Positions 13,122 through 26,399 of a stretch of DNA of 64,000 nucleotides are shown here, in pieces. The first letter of the stretch is position 1; the number at the start of each line of letters is the position of its first letter. This stretch comes from Octopus vulgaris (lineage: Eukaryota). The notes under the pieces were generated by a model. The model worked only from the letters and a program-made list of their open reading frames with translations, was not told the origin of the DNA and did not search any database. A program made the position numbers and the translations under genes. The stretch is from NCBI GenBank assembly GCA_951406725.2, contig OX597823.1, forward strand, positions 6,510,001 to 6,574,000, given 5' to 3'.

Positions 13122-13234
13122 TTGGCTACCGAATACATGTCACATATTACATTTACAGATGTATCTCTCTATATATAAAACTTAGAATGTGTGTCTGTCT
13201 GTCTGTCTGTGTGTTTCCCTAAAACTTGAGAACT

Positions 13235-13420
13235 GAGTCGTATCTGTAATTCATGGGGCCAGCCTTGTGGCACTCTGTGTCACCCTAAATCTCCCTCCCT
13301 GAGAACTACATTAGGGGTACACGTGTCTGTGGAGTGCTCAGCCACTTGCACGTTAATTTCACAAGCAGGCTGTTCTGTTGATCATATCAGCTGGGACCCT
13401 CGTCGTCGTAACCGACGGGT
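13235..13420 (+). mobile_element. SINE family C, 3' part
   Basis: Matches 11980-12130. Confidence 0.7.
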
Positions 13421-13766
13421 CGTTCTTATGTATATATATTTACATTTAACGTATATAACAAGCATTATAATATAGTTTTAAGGGAGGTAACTCTTAAATA
13501 TAGATCGTATAAATTAGAGTAGCCTCCCTTGAAATAAAATATCCATATTGATATTTCTGCGTGTGTCTGTGCTTCTTTCCTTGTGTCTGTTTGTGTATGG
13601 CTTTATGTGTGTGTCAGTGTGTGTGCGCGCGCGCGCAGGTGAATGTGTGTGTGTTTGCGTGTGTATGTGTGTGTTTTTGTGTGTGTGTTTGTGTGTGTGT
13701 GTGAATGTGTGTGTGAATATGTGTGTGAAAGAGTGTGTCTGTGTATGTGCGTGTGCGTGTTTGCGC

Positions 13767-13813
<47 letters not shown>

Positions 13814-14142
13814 TGTGAGAGAGAGGTAGGGAGAGAGAAAAGCATAGTCGGTGGAGGAAACAGTAAGAAGCTCTATATCCTTACATCGAAGTTTGTAGCA
13901 GTTTACTCTTTACCCTGGATTTCTTTCATTCAATGGATTGTGGCCATGCTGGAGCACTGCCTTGATGAGTTTCTGTCAGGTACACTGGACCTGTTTATTT
14001 ATTTGTAATGTCTTCGATCGTAGGATAAGGACACACATAAACATGAACACTCACACTCACATACACACACAAACACACACATAGAGACTTCACAAGCTCC
14101 GTGAGGGGTTAACGCCCATCTCCAACCTAAGGTAGACCAAAT

Positions 14143-14345
14143 TTGTTTTTCATGTTTACACTCAATGTAAATGTTTGCAACCTGACGTCGAATTGGAAAC
14201 AAGGGCTTTTCCTCGATGACCTCAGGACGCCTAATTTGGATATGGTAGTAGTTAGAGAAACCTGGATGAGTGGAATGACAAGCATTTCTCTCCTCCTAAA
14301 CTGCTACGAGATATTTCGTTCTCCTGGTCACCCTGGAGGTGAAGT
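14143..14345 (+). mobile_element. APE endonuclease N-terminal fragment of an L1/Tx1-type LINE
   Basis: TLNVN...DMVVVRETW motif typical of the start of LINE APE endonucleases. Confidence 0.6.
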
Positions 14346-14946
14346 GAGGTACACATGTTGGAGACTTAACCCACCACTCCCACGTTTGTGTGATTTTTTA
14401 CGGAGAACCATGTTTTAGGTTATGGAGATAGCGATTCCACAAACGACAAAAAATTCAGAAAAATCGCAATTTCAAAATTTTGAATTGCGCCCTCTCTTTC
14501 TTCGTTTTTCTCTTTCTCCAGAATTTTATTTTGACAAAATAGGTGATATAAAAAACCGAGAAACTGATTCTGAAAAAAATAATTGTTTGTAAAATGGAAA
14601 TTTTCAAAATATCAAAAAATAAAATCTGCATCAACCCTCTTACCTCCCGATTCTACAGGCTTCAAACAGGATACCCACATGCTAGAAAAAGCAGCCAAAT
14701 CTCACACAAACTGTTTCTTGGCACGTACGTATATACTCTGTATCGAATGCCCATATGGTATTCCTACACATGTGTGCCCCTCGATTTTGCTTCCGTTTAA
14801 CTTAAAGAAATGATGATAATTTTAATTAAATTTTAACATATTGTGTACATGCTGATTCGAAAAATTCCCATATCGGCATTTGTTGGACGAAGAAAGCTCT
14901 GATGAAATTATGATATTGAATATGCAATCAATCTACTAATCTACTA

Positions 14947-14992
<46 letters not shown>

Positions 14993-15002
14993 GTATATAT
15001 AT

Positions 15003-15130
15003 ATGGGATGGGCTTCTCTCAGTTTCGTATTCCAAATCCACTCACAGGCCCTTGGTCAGCCTGAGGCTATAGTAGAAGATACATCTCCAAGATGCCACGC
15101 AGTGGGCCTGAACCCGGAACCATGTGGTTC
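15003..15130 (-). mobile_element. SINE family A fragment
   Basis: Reverse complement of the family A head and body. Confidence 0.7.
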
Positions 15131-15439
15131 GTTACCAAATTGGAGAAACAGATTTCGGATATTATTTATTCATTTAACAAAAAAGCGCCTTAATAGCATA
15201 CGTATATACATTATAATTCAATACATATAAGATAAGAATACAAATTATAAATATCATAATATAAATTATTGAAATATATACATTCTTACAACACTATGAC
15301 TGGGTACTGAAACAGCTGCTCCACCACTCAAATGTGGAATTGATACAATAAATAAGTTACTTGCATTGCAATTAGCAACATTTATGTATTAAGAATTTAG
15401 GTACTTTACTAACAGCATATTTGACAGTACGACAGCGTA

Positions 15440-17475
15440 ACGAAGGATGAAATGGGCTTGCAGCCGGATCCGGGAAAAAATTGCAACAAAAAAAACATGG
15501 GAAATCATGGCCCCATGATCCCGGACCACGGGGGGATAACAAAGGATCAAATAGGGACGGGAAAAAACGAAATGGACTTGGACCGGAAATAGACAATGGA
15601 AAAGGAAACGGTATAGGAATGGTAGATGAGGAGTTCAGCTGCTGCGGAAAGGTGTTTGCTAGTTACATCGGGCTGAGAATCCACCAAGGGAAGGTGTGTG
15701 AGAAGAAAGTAATTCAACAACGTTGGTTGATAAACCATAAGACGTGTGGCCCAAACCCCCCGGAAAATAACCATAGCGAGGTTCATTCCACTGTTGAATC
15801 GGAATAGTCAAAAAGACTGATAGGCGTGAAGAAGACAAAGGTTAAGTGGCCGAAAGCAAATGACGCAGCTAGCTATAAAAAATTCGACGACGAAGTAGCA
15901 AGAATGACAACCAAATTCAAAGGCGACGACGAACAAAAGCTCGAAAACCTGGTTAATACAATCTACCAGGAAGGAGAGAAAAGATTTGGACTGGAAACAA
16001 CAGGGAAGGTAGAATCAACGGCAAAGAGTGGACCATCGAGGAGAGAAAGACGGATCGCAAAGATTCGAGAAGAGAAAAAAAACTCAGAACCAGATGGAGG
16101 GATGCAAAGGAGGAGGAAAGAGAAGGGCTAAAGCAGCTATATGAAGAGATAAAAGAGAGGCATCGAGACCTGCTAAGAAAACAAAGAAGGAGGAGCAAAA
16201 GAAAGGAGAGAGAAAAAAAACTATTGTACATTTGTGAACAATCCCAATCAATATGCGAAACATCTATTAACTGAAAGTAAAAGCAGAAAAATGAATTGCA
16301 CGAAAGAAGAGCTCGAACAACATCTGAAAGAGACAAACAGCGACTCTGACAGAAATGAAGTACTCCCAGAAATGCACGGACTGAAGAAACCACCTGAACC
16401 AAGAGTACCATTTGATTTGAGCGACATCAAACGGAAAGAAATGGATGAATTCATAAGAAAAGCAAGAGCAAAAAGTGCACCACGGAACGATGGAGTGAGC
16501 TACAAGGTATACAAATATTGCCCGAAATTACGTTTGCAGCTGTTTGCACTGATAAGAGAAATGTGGAAGAAGAAAGATGTAGTGGAGCGATGGTGTATAG
16601 CCGAAGGTATCTTTCTACCTAAAGAAAAAGAGGCAAAAACACTAGGCCAATTTAGACTGATTTCACTACTAAATACAGACGGGAAAATCATGTTTGGAAT
16701 AATTGCTAGACGAATTATAAGATTCGTACAGCATAACGGGTACGTTAATGAAGCGATCTAAAAAGTAGGAATCCCATGAATCCCTGGGTGCATAGAACAC
16801 GCATTTTCCATCTGGGAAGCCATCATCCGTGCAAAACAAATGAAGAAAAACCTGTATATTGTTTGGCTAGATCTTGCCAATGCTTATGGATCTGTTCCGC
16901 GCGCAATAATAAAAACAGCGATGGACTTCTTTTGGATACCAAAAGATGTTCAACGAATGCTCATGTCGTACTACGACAACCTGAGGATGAGATTTACAGC
17001 AGGAAAGTTCACAACGGATTGACAACGATTTGAAATAGGTATTGCAGCCGGATGCACGATATCAGTCATCTTATTCGTGCTAGTCATGGAAATGTTACTT
17101 AGATCTACAAACTGTGAGAAAGCTGTTATAAAGACACCATTAGGGGCTTTTATGGACGATGTAACTATATTATCGGAAAGTAGAGAAGCAGCAGAGGGAA
17201 CGTTAGAGCGGTTGGACGAACTGATAGGATGGGCAAGGATGAAATTCAAAGTCAAAAAATCTCGAAGCGTGGCTTTCGTGAAAGAAAGGCAAGAAGAAGT
17301 GAAATTTAGGATAGGAAGTGAAGACATACCAACGGTGAAAGAACAACCAGTAAAGAGTCTCGGCAGATGGTATAGAGATTTATTAAATGATAAGAAGCAA
17401 AGGAAAGAAACGCACGAGTTAGTAGAACACGGATTAAAGGCAATTGACAGAACAACGCTGCCGGGAAAATTCAAA
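15440..17475 (+). mobile_element. Decayed R2-group (HERO-like) non-LTR retrotransposon, 5' part through RT
   Basis: Zn finger CCGKVF...GLRIHQGKVC, VKWPKAND, FRLISLLN, WLDLANAYGSV, GIAAGCTIS, FMDD, VKSLGRWY; several stops and frameshifts; 3' RLE half absent. Confidence 0.8.
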
Positions 17476-20132
17476 AGCCACCATTCGGTCCCTGGTAGAT
17501 GAACAGGGGCACGAATTGCTCGAGCCAAGTAAAATGTGTGAGGCCTTTCAGCAGCATTTTGCCCGACTGTTCGGGACGAGTGGAGGGCAAGAACGTAGGG
17601 TGGACTTCAGTGCCTACCTACATAGCCTGCCACGACTCTCGACAAGAAAGGCAGGGTGCTGCGAAGGTGCCATCACGGCGGCGGAAGTGCAGGAAGCGAT
17701 AGCAGAATGCTCGAGGGATAAATCACCGGGTTTGGATGGTCTACCATACGAGTTTTACAATTGTATGCCAGACTTGTTTGGAGACGTCTTGGCAGCGGTA
17801 TACAGCAACTGGCAGCAAAACGGGAGCATACCCGGTTTTGTGACTCGCGGCGCCGTAACTCTTCTGAAGACAGCTCCAACCAAGGGAAACATTATAGATA
17901 ACTTTAGACCAATCACGCTGCTCAATGCAGACCTGAAAATTTTGAAAAAGGTGTTAGCCAAGAGGTTGGCGCTTGTCATCGAGAAACTGGTCGACAACGC
18001 ACAAACGTGCGCCGTGCCGGGCTGGAGCATCCATGACAACCTCCATCTGATGCGCTACATCATAGACAGGGTAGTTAACGAACCTGGCATGGGTGGGGCC
18101 CTGATCAACTTGGCCTCAATCGAAAGCCTTTGATAGGGTAGACCATCGATACTTGGAGGCAGTCCTGAGAGCGGCTGGTTTCGGTCCCGTCTTCCGCGGC
18201 TGGATAGCTGCCTTGTACAGAGGCATCCGTTCGGTAATTCGCGTAAATGGACATCTATCGAGACCTTTCGATATTGCACGTTCGGTCCGTCAGGGATGCC
18301 CCCCCTCGGCGCTTCTATACGTATTGACTCTTGAGCCACTACTGCGGAAACTGGCGACTCTAAGGGGCATCCCGCGAGAATTGGGATGCGGGACGAGCGT
18401 GTCTGCATACGCGGACGACGTCACCGTCATAGTGTCAAGCCACGAGCACATCGAGCGGGTCGGCGAGACACTGAAAGACTACGAAGCGGTGACAGGAGCA
18501 AAAATCAACCGGGAAAAGTCAGTGGGCTTGCGGCTCGGCACCTGGAGAAGCAAGCCCATGCCGTCCGCCAGTACCTCCGTCGTGGGACGCTGGACCGACG
18601 GGCCGGTTGAGTTGCTCGGGGTCTGGTTCGGTCCGGACCTCTAAATGGAGAAGAACTGGAACGAGATAACGAGTAGGGTGATCACTCTCGCCCAGCAATG
18701 GGCCGAGAGGAAACTGTCCCTAAAAGGTCGGGCGGAGGTGGTGAACGCGTACATCGCGTCCATCATCTACTACCGCCTGACCGTCGTACCTTGTCCCGAC
18801 CCTACCATCACCAAACTAGAACGCATTCTCTTCCGCTTCTTGTGGAAAGGATGCGTCCCGATGGTCAGGCGATCCATTTGCTGTCAACACCCGTTAAAAG
18901 GAGGGCTGGGCATGCCGTGGTTGATGATGCGCAGACACGCGCTAAGACTGCGACATCTCCGGCTCTATGTAGACGACGGTGAACAGGTGTGGTCGCCGTT
19001 TGTGAGGCACGCATTCCCGCAACTCGTCTCTATGACCGAACTACAGTCATGGATCAAAAAGAGGCCGAGGAAGGGCGAATGGCACCGCGAGTGTCGCGTT
19101 GCTCTCAAGCAACTCTGCCGTCCCGTGTCGACCTTGAGTGACTTCAACACAACCAAAGCATTCTATAGGGGATTAGTGGAGGGGAGGTACGACGTCGAGC
19201 TCGGGGCAAACCTGGGCGTCGACGAGGAATACCTGACCCGCCTGTTTCAAACGACTTTCGGCCCGGGACCTATGGACAACTTCCAGAGATCCCTGGCCTG
19301 GCGGTGCTACCGAGAAGCGCTACCCGTTCGGGATAAGCTCTATAGGCATGGCTCGAGAAACACGGGGCCGACCTGCCCGAGATGCGGGCAGAGCGACGAA
19401 ACCGCTCTGCACGCAATCGTACAGTGTCCAGCAATTTCCCACCTGTGGGCTTATGTCGAACGACTGCTGTCACGTGTGGGACGTGTCGGTTTATCAGCCG
19501 AGTCTATCGTTAATATCGTCACGCCTCCTTCCTTCAAACGGGAAGGAAGAGCTATTTTTATCATACTTGTGGCTATGGCGAAAGAATGTATCTGGTGGAC
19601 GCGCCTGAAAGGATTAGAGACAAACACTTTCCTCTCTGGTCAATCTCTCATCAACTTCTTCAAGTATCACTTGAAGAGGAAAGTGAGAGTAGAGAGGCAA
19701 GTTTTGTCTAGTGAATGTTTTAAAAAAAGATGGGTGAACGTAGCAAGGATGGCACGTATGAATGACGAAGCCACCTTGACTATGATTCTATGAACCATAA
19801 AAATTAATACAGAGAGTTGCTTATTTGCAAAAAAGAAAAAAAAAAAGAAATATAACATGTGACTTCATTGACCGAGGTTACCGTGGTCTTTTCCGTAGGT
19901 TTTTCTTTCCTCGGGTAAACCTCACCTGTCCTCCCCTTTACACTTCATATTGACATTTCTGTGATAACGATCCCTATTATTCATTTTTTTTCCTCCCCCC
20001 CTTTTTTTAAAACCCTCCCTTTTTTTGTCCTTTTTCTTTCCTTTTACGATCCCTTTTTTTTACCCCAAAAAGAAAAGCTCTACCTTGTAATTTGTTCTAT
20101 CTGTGTGCAGCCCTGTGTGGCTAATAAAGAAA
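17474..20132 (+). mobile_element. 5'-truncated Tx1-clade (L1 group) LINE with two inactivating lesions and a 3' UTR
   Basis: KSPGLDGLPYEFY, NFRPITLLNAD, KAFDRVDH, VRQGCP.S.LLY, AYADD, LSLKGR, CPRC...ET..H...C zinc knuckle; frameshift near 18115, stop at 18642; AATAAA at 20123. Confidence 0.92.
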
Positions 20133-20134
20133 CA

Positions 20135-20136
<2 letters not shown>

Positions 20137-20193
<57 letters not shown>

Positions 20194-20261
20194 ATATATA
20201 TATATATATATATATATAACTATCTATCTATCTATCTCTCTCTCTATCTATCTATCCATCC

Positions 20262-20312
<51 letters not shown>

Positions 20313-20402
20313 CATCCATCTATCTATCTATCCATCTATCTATCCATCTATCTATCCATCTATCTATCCTTCTATCTATCCATCTATCTATCCATCTATC
20401 TA

Positions 20403-20437
<35 letters not shown>

Positions 20438-20449
20438 CATCTATCTATC

Positions 20450-20504
<55 letters not shown>

Positions 20505-20525
20505 GATCCATCTATCCATCCATCC

Positions 20526-20601
<76 letters not shown>

Positions 20602-20620
20602 GTCTGTCTGTCTATCTGTC
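20137..20620. repeat. (TCTA)n/(TCCA)n compound microsatellite
   Basis: Direct observation. Confidence 0.95.
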
Positions 20621-20833
20621 TATGTACCTACCTACCTTCCTAACTATCTCTCTCCAGATGCATATATATATATATATGTGTGTTTGTGTGTGAGTAGAGA
20701 GAGAGAAAAATTGAGAGAGAGACATACCTATAGAAATAATTATAGATAATAATAATAACAACAACAGCAGCAACAACACCACCACCAACAACAACAATAA
20801 CAATATTCATAGTTTAGGATAATCAACTATATG

Positions 20834-20890
<57 letters not shown>

Positions 20891-20921
20891 TTCAAAATGT
20901 AACCACATGTGAATCGCTTCT

Positions 20922-20957
20922 GTTTCTGAAGAAAAATCGTTGCTCGAAACGTTAAAC
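20922..20957 (+). ncRNA. Minimal type I hammerhead ribozyme (core intact, stem II decayed)
   Basis: GTTT-CTGAAGA-...GCTC-GAAAC-GTT-AAAC. Confidence 0.6.
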
Positions 20958-21362
20958 CATATGTAGTACTCCTTGGAGTAGTCCGTCCGCTTTGGTCCTC
21001 CCGTGACTCCCACCTCTCACCTGTGGTTCATCAATGCTATCTGCATGCAACAGTATCCACACCCAGGCTCACGGCTTCCAAAGGCTGGCTAGACCATGGT
21101 AAGGGTAGCACATTGCCTTTAACCATTGGTGGAGTAGGGCTTGTCTATCTAAAGATGTGAACCGGTGGAGTGTGCTGAGGAAACCACTAGACAAGCTCAA
21201 CGGACTCGCAAACTTTGTGGAGGGTGAACCTGTGTGTAGTTTTCTTGACTTCATCCTTCCACTGGAATCACAGAGGAAGGGGCGAGAGAGTGAGCCAGAT
21301 GCTATTGTGCAACCTTCCCTCACTTTAATCCATGTCACGCTCAGTTCAAGGGTCAGGTAAAA

Positions 21363-21400
21363 TATTGGGTTGGTGCATAATTATTGCGGCTATTTTTCAA
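21363..21400 (+). mobile_element. Mariner-type terminal inverted repeat remnant
   Basis: TATTGGGTTGGTGCATAATTATTGCGG resembles the Hsmar1/MADE1-type TIR; no partner end found. Confidence 0.5.
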
Positions 21401-21724
21401 CAAAAACAATAAAAATATTTATCAAAAACATCTTTACTGTTATTTCTAGTATCACGTAGGACCACCAATTAGATAATATTCCTCTGGATGCTTCTTAAAG
21501 TCTCCTTTAATCCTTCATGAAAAGCAATACAAAATATAAACTATTATTTTTAGCATATTACCCGACCACCTGTAGGACAATATATTTGATAGACGCCTCC
21601 TCAAGTGTTCTGCTTTTATAAAAAAAAAACATTAGGAATTTCAAGGTGTTTGCTTGCTGTTTCACGAATGATGCGAGACAATAGAGAGGTGGGATTCTTT
21701 TATAAAAGTCGGAATGGTTTTGGG

Positions 21725-22616
21725 AGGGAAACAATGAGATTAAAGGAAAGAAAGAGAGTGAGAGAGAGAGTAAAAGGAAGGAAGGAAAGAATGAAAGAGA
21801 GTGAGAGAGAGAGAAAGGAAGAAAGAAAAGAGAAAAAAGAAGGAATGAAAGAAAAGAGGAAGGAAGGAATAAAGTAACGTGATTCTGTAATAATGCATGA
21901 AATGAGAGCGGGGGAGAGAAGGATAGAAAGAAAGGGTGAATGAATGAAGGAAAAAAGAAGGAAAAAAGAAAGAAAGAAGGGAAATGAAGGAAAGAAGGAG
22001 AGAAAGATAAGAGCAGGGCGAGAGGGAGAGAGAGTAAAAGGAGAAAAGGAATGGAAACGAAACAACAACAATAAAAGGAAGGAAGAAAAAGAAAAGAAGC
22101 AATGGAGAAGGAATGATAAGAGCGATGAAAGAAAAAAGAATGAAGGGTAAGAAGAAGGAAATGAAAAACAGAAAGAAAACCAAAGAAATAACGAAAATGA
22201 ATGCTTGAAAGAAAGAACGAATGAAAGAAAGAAAGAATGAGAGAAATGAAGGAAGAAAGAAAGACAGAAAGGAAAGAAAGACAGAATGAAAGAAGGAAAG
22301 AATGAGAGAAATGAAGGAAGGAAGAAAGAAAAAGAAAGATAGAAAGAAAGAAAGAAAGAAGAAAGAAAGAAAGAGAAGAAAGAAGAAAGAAAGAAGAAGA
22401 AAGAAAGAAGAAGAAAGAAGAAGAAAGAAAGTAAGAAAGAAGAAAGAAAGAAAGGAAGAAAGAAAGGAAAAGGAAAGAAAGAAAAAAGAAAGGAAAGAAA
22501 GAAAGAAAAAAGAAAGGAAAGAAAGAAAGAAAAAAGAAAGGAAAGAAAGAAAGAAAAAAGAAAGGAAAGAAAGAGAGAAGAAAGAAAGGAAAAGGAAAGA
22601 AAGAACAAAGAAAGGA

Positions 22617-22648
<32 letters not shown>

Positions 22649-23700
22649 AGAGAGATAGAAAAAAGAAAGAAGAAGGAACGGAAAAGGAAAGAAAGAAAGA
22701 AGAAAGTAAGAAAAATGAAAGAAAGAAAGAAAGGAAGTTCAAGAAAGGAAGATAAAAAGAAAGATAGAAAGAAAAAAAGAAAGAAAGAAAGAAAAAAATA
22801 AATGAAAGAAAAAAAGAAAGAAAGAAAGAAAAGAAGAAAGAAAGGAAGAGAGGGAAAGGAAAGAAAGAAAGAAAGAAAAAAAGAAAGAAAGAAAATAGAA
22901 AGTAATTAAAGGGAAACAGAAAGAAAGAAAGACTGAGAGAGATATAGAGAGGAAGGCGACGTAATTCTGTAAAAATGATGAGAAGAAAGAGGGAGAGGAA
23001 GGGAAAGAGAGAGAGGGGGAGGAGGAGGGATTAGAGAAATTAATGTTAAGAAGAGAGGAGGAGTATGAGATGAGAGACAAAGAGTAAAAAGGCGGAGCAT
23101 TAATATATAATAAGGTAATAGAGATAGGGAGAGAGAAAGAGGGAGAAAGAGAGACAGACAAACAGAGACACGGAGACAGAGAGAGACATAAGAAGCGAGA
23201 GGGAGAAAGAGAGAGACTGAAATAGAGAAATGAAGGGAGAAAAGAGAGAGAAAGACAGACATAGAGAAAGAGAGGGAGATGGAAAGGGAGGAGAAAGGGA
23301 GGGAAAGAATGAGGTAAGAGAGTGAGAGAGTATTATATAAGGAGGTGGAGGGAGAGAGAGAATGATACATAGGTTTAGAAAGAGAGGGAGAGTGTGAGGT
23401 GGGGCGGAGCGCAAAAGAGGTAGAGGGATAGTATGAGATATGAGGTGGTAAAGAGGGAGGGGGAAGGAAGCAGAGATGATGTATGAGATATATGCTTTGT
23501 GAGGGAGGGAGAGTAAGAGTTGAGAGAAAACGAGGGATGATGGAGGCGGGGTTAAACAATAACATAAATAAGTGACAGAGAGAGGAGTAGAGAAGGAGAA
23601 GGAATGATGTGTGTGATAAGAGAGGGAGTCTATCATGTATTAGATAAAGGAAGAGGGAAGGATGAGGTATAAATACAGAATGAGGAAGGAGAGAGAAGAG
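21725..23700. repeat. About 2-kb purine-rich low-complexity tract, (GAAA)n/(GA)n
   Basis: Direct observation; a similar tract lies at 24425-25020. Confidence 0.9.
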
Positions 23701-23875
23701 TTTTGAAGTGTCCTTCATTTTCATATGAAACACTAAACCAAACTTTAACATACTTGGCTGTTATTTCTAGCATCACATTTGATCCCCAACTGGACTATAT
23801 TTCTCCAGATGCTTCTTAAAGTGTCCTTCATGTAAAGTATAGTGTGATGAGCTGTTATTTCTAGCAAGATAACAG

Positions 23876-24219
23876 ACCACCAATACGTTTTATAGACGCT
23901 TCTTCACTTGGTTTCTCATTCGAGGAAGAAGTCTGACCAGATCCGGGAAAAATTTTTATAAATGCTTCTTAAATTGTCTTTCAATTTCGTATGAAAAACA
24001 AAGCAACTTTGGGTGTAGTGGGCTGTTATTTCTAGCATGATGTCAAACCACCAATACGTTTTATAGACGCTTCTTCACTTGGTTTTTCATTCGAGGAAGA
24101 AGTCTGACCAGATCCGGGAAAAAGTTTTATAAATGCTTCTTAAATTGTCTTTCAATTTCGTATGAAAAAGAAAGCAGCTTTGAGTGCTGTGGGTGTTATT
24201 TCTAGCATAATGTCAAACC
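23876..24219. repeat. Tandem duplication, period 171 bp
   Basis: ACCACCAATACGTTTTATAGACGC... starts at 23876 and again at 24047; shorter related CTGTTATTTCTAG units at 21437-21600 and 23700-23875. Confidence 0.85.
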
Positions 24220-25151
24220 GCGTGTAGGACGATTCTTTGAATAAATGCTTCTTAAATTGTCCCTCAATGTCTCGACTATTTAATTTCCTCAATTAAGAAC
24301 TACACGGTAATTATGTAATTAATCGTTAGTTAAATAATTAGCTTCTGGTAAAATAATTAGCGAGAGAGAAATTTGAAGGTAAATCTGAAAATATAATTTA
24401 ATTGTAAGAAAATAACGTTTCTTAGGAATAAAAGGAGAGGAAGAGGGAGAGGGTAAGATATAAGGAGGTGGGGGAGATAGAGAGAGAAAGAAAGGAAGAA
24501 AGAGTGAGAGAGAGAGAGAGAAAGAAAGGAAGAAAAAAAGAGAGATATGGAAATCTAGGGAAGGGGAGGGATATGTTAATGTATGAAATGGCAGAGAAAG
24601 AAAGAGAAAGAGTGTGTGTGAGAGAGAGGGGGGAATTGATATATACGTTTAGGAAGTGAGGGAGAGGATGAGGTGAACGATATAGCAAGGGAGGCGGGGT
24701 GGTTAAAATGAATATATAATGAAGTTCTGAGAGAAAGGAGATAAAGAGGGAGAAGTGGGAGGATATGTTTTGTAGGGTTGAGAGAAAGAGTATGAAAATG
24801 CATTATGGGTTTAGTGAGGTACAGACAGAGGGAATTAAGACTACAAGCAAGGGAGGGGGAAGCATTGAGTAATATATGAGGAGGTGGGAGACGCAGGCGA
24901 AGAGAAAGAGACAGACAAAGAGGGAGAGCGCGCTTATTGGACGATATATATTTAGTAATAGGGGAAGGGTATGAGTTAATAAAGAAAGCAAAATGGGCGG
25001 AGTCATTCCACATTATACAAGGTGGTGGGAGGTGGTTCTGAGTTTTCTACATTAGCAATAAAGACAGGATGGTCCCAGGTGGGAGACATTTAATCATAGA
25101 TCATTGTTTGGTCAAGGCTGATCTGGGATTAAACAACATTTACGCAATAAT

Positions 25152-25311
25152 TCACTCTTCATGTAATGATAGACATTCGAGTGCAGTTAAGCACTCAGCT
25201 TCCACAAGAGCTGCCCTCAATGTATCTACCGTAACTTCCTGCGGATCACAATGTGTTGACCAGTAGAGCAGCATCTGGAAGCTCTGCTCTTGAACATTAC
25301 CAGAAATATGC
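25152..25311 (-). pseudogene. Duplicate death-domain terminal exon with a 46-nt frameshifting deletion
   Basis: EQSFQMLLYWSTHCDPQEVTVDTLRAALVEAECLTALECLSLHEE* aligns without gaps to 32390-32595; 160 nt versus 206 nt; upstream intron also homologous. Confidence 0.85.
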
Positions 25312-26399
25312 CTGTTGAAGATAGAACAATAAGAAATTACAGGAAAAACATTAACAATAATATAAAAGTTGTTGTTATAAATATAACAAAAAACTATATT
25401 GATAGAGAAATACAAAATAGTGAAGAAACCTGAAAAATATAAGACATTGTTTATTTGAGAAAATTTATGGAAAATAGATTTCAGAAGTGTTTGGTTAATC
25501 AAAAGTGTAACCTAAAGAATCAACATCGACGACAAACAGACACACCACTAGGTCCATTCATCCATTCATTTTCTCAGCACAGTATTTCTAGAACGGTTAC
25601 AAGGCTAGGGTTCTCAGGCACCTCCCAAATAATTTCCAATCAGAAGAAACCATCTTAAGACTTTCCAGTTGGATTTTCATGTGTGACCAATTGGGTTTAT
25701 CCCTTTCGTGGTTACCTCATGGTTGCTTAAGCTTGCTATCCTTTCCTGTAAAATTCTAATCGCTTGTCCATCATACTAGAAAATGTGTATTTGACATGTT
25801 CAATGCTTGAAATAAGTCATTTGTGAGTACGATGCCTTACCTGCTCTGACTAATTAATAAAAACTGTTAGGTAAACAACACAAATTATGGAAGACACCGG
25901 CTTAATCTTTCTGGATGCATGGCACATTATGACGATATCTTTCACTGGATCAAAGCCACAATTTATAAAAGGTTGAAGGAAAGTAGACAGAACTTATTCA
26001 ACATCTACATCATTCACCTACGAACAATTAAGCCCTACATGTGAGTGAAGTGTGATCCACATCCAGATGGACACTGGACAGTGGAGAAGCTACAGGTCAC
26101 TAGAACTACAACTTGTCATCTTAAAAAGGACCATTTAAGGATGTTGTCCTATGTAAAAGACAGAGATGTCACACTTGGAACGCCTTTAAACTTAAGTATG
26201 CTAGATTAACAGATATTTAACGATAATAAGTGATATGGTCCTGTTGAGTGTCCTCTATTAAGTCTCTTCTTTATATTGAAGCAATGTGGTAAGAAGTCAT
26301 TCCAGTATGGCGATTTAAAATGAAATTAATTATCAGCTTTCTACACAACAACCTATAATTAATTTCATCAGAAATTCAATGTTGTAGGTTCACATCGTG

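Noticed and set aside
19961-20749. 262-aa ORF of LSIY repeats
   Set aside because: (TCTA)n microsatellite
21558-23751. Long F/S/L-rich and K/E/R-rich ORFs
   Set aside because: Products of the purine/pyrimidine low-complexity tract
23700-24300. Repeat-spacer appearance of the CTGTTATTTCTAGCA units (CRISPR-like)
   Set aside because: Intervening sequences are mutually homologous, spacing is irregular, context is eukaryotic and there are no cas genes
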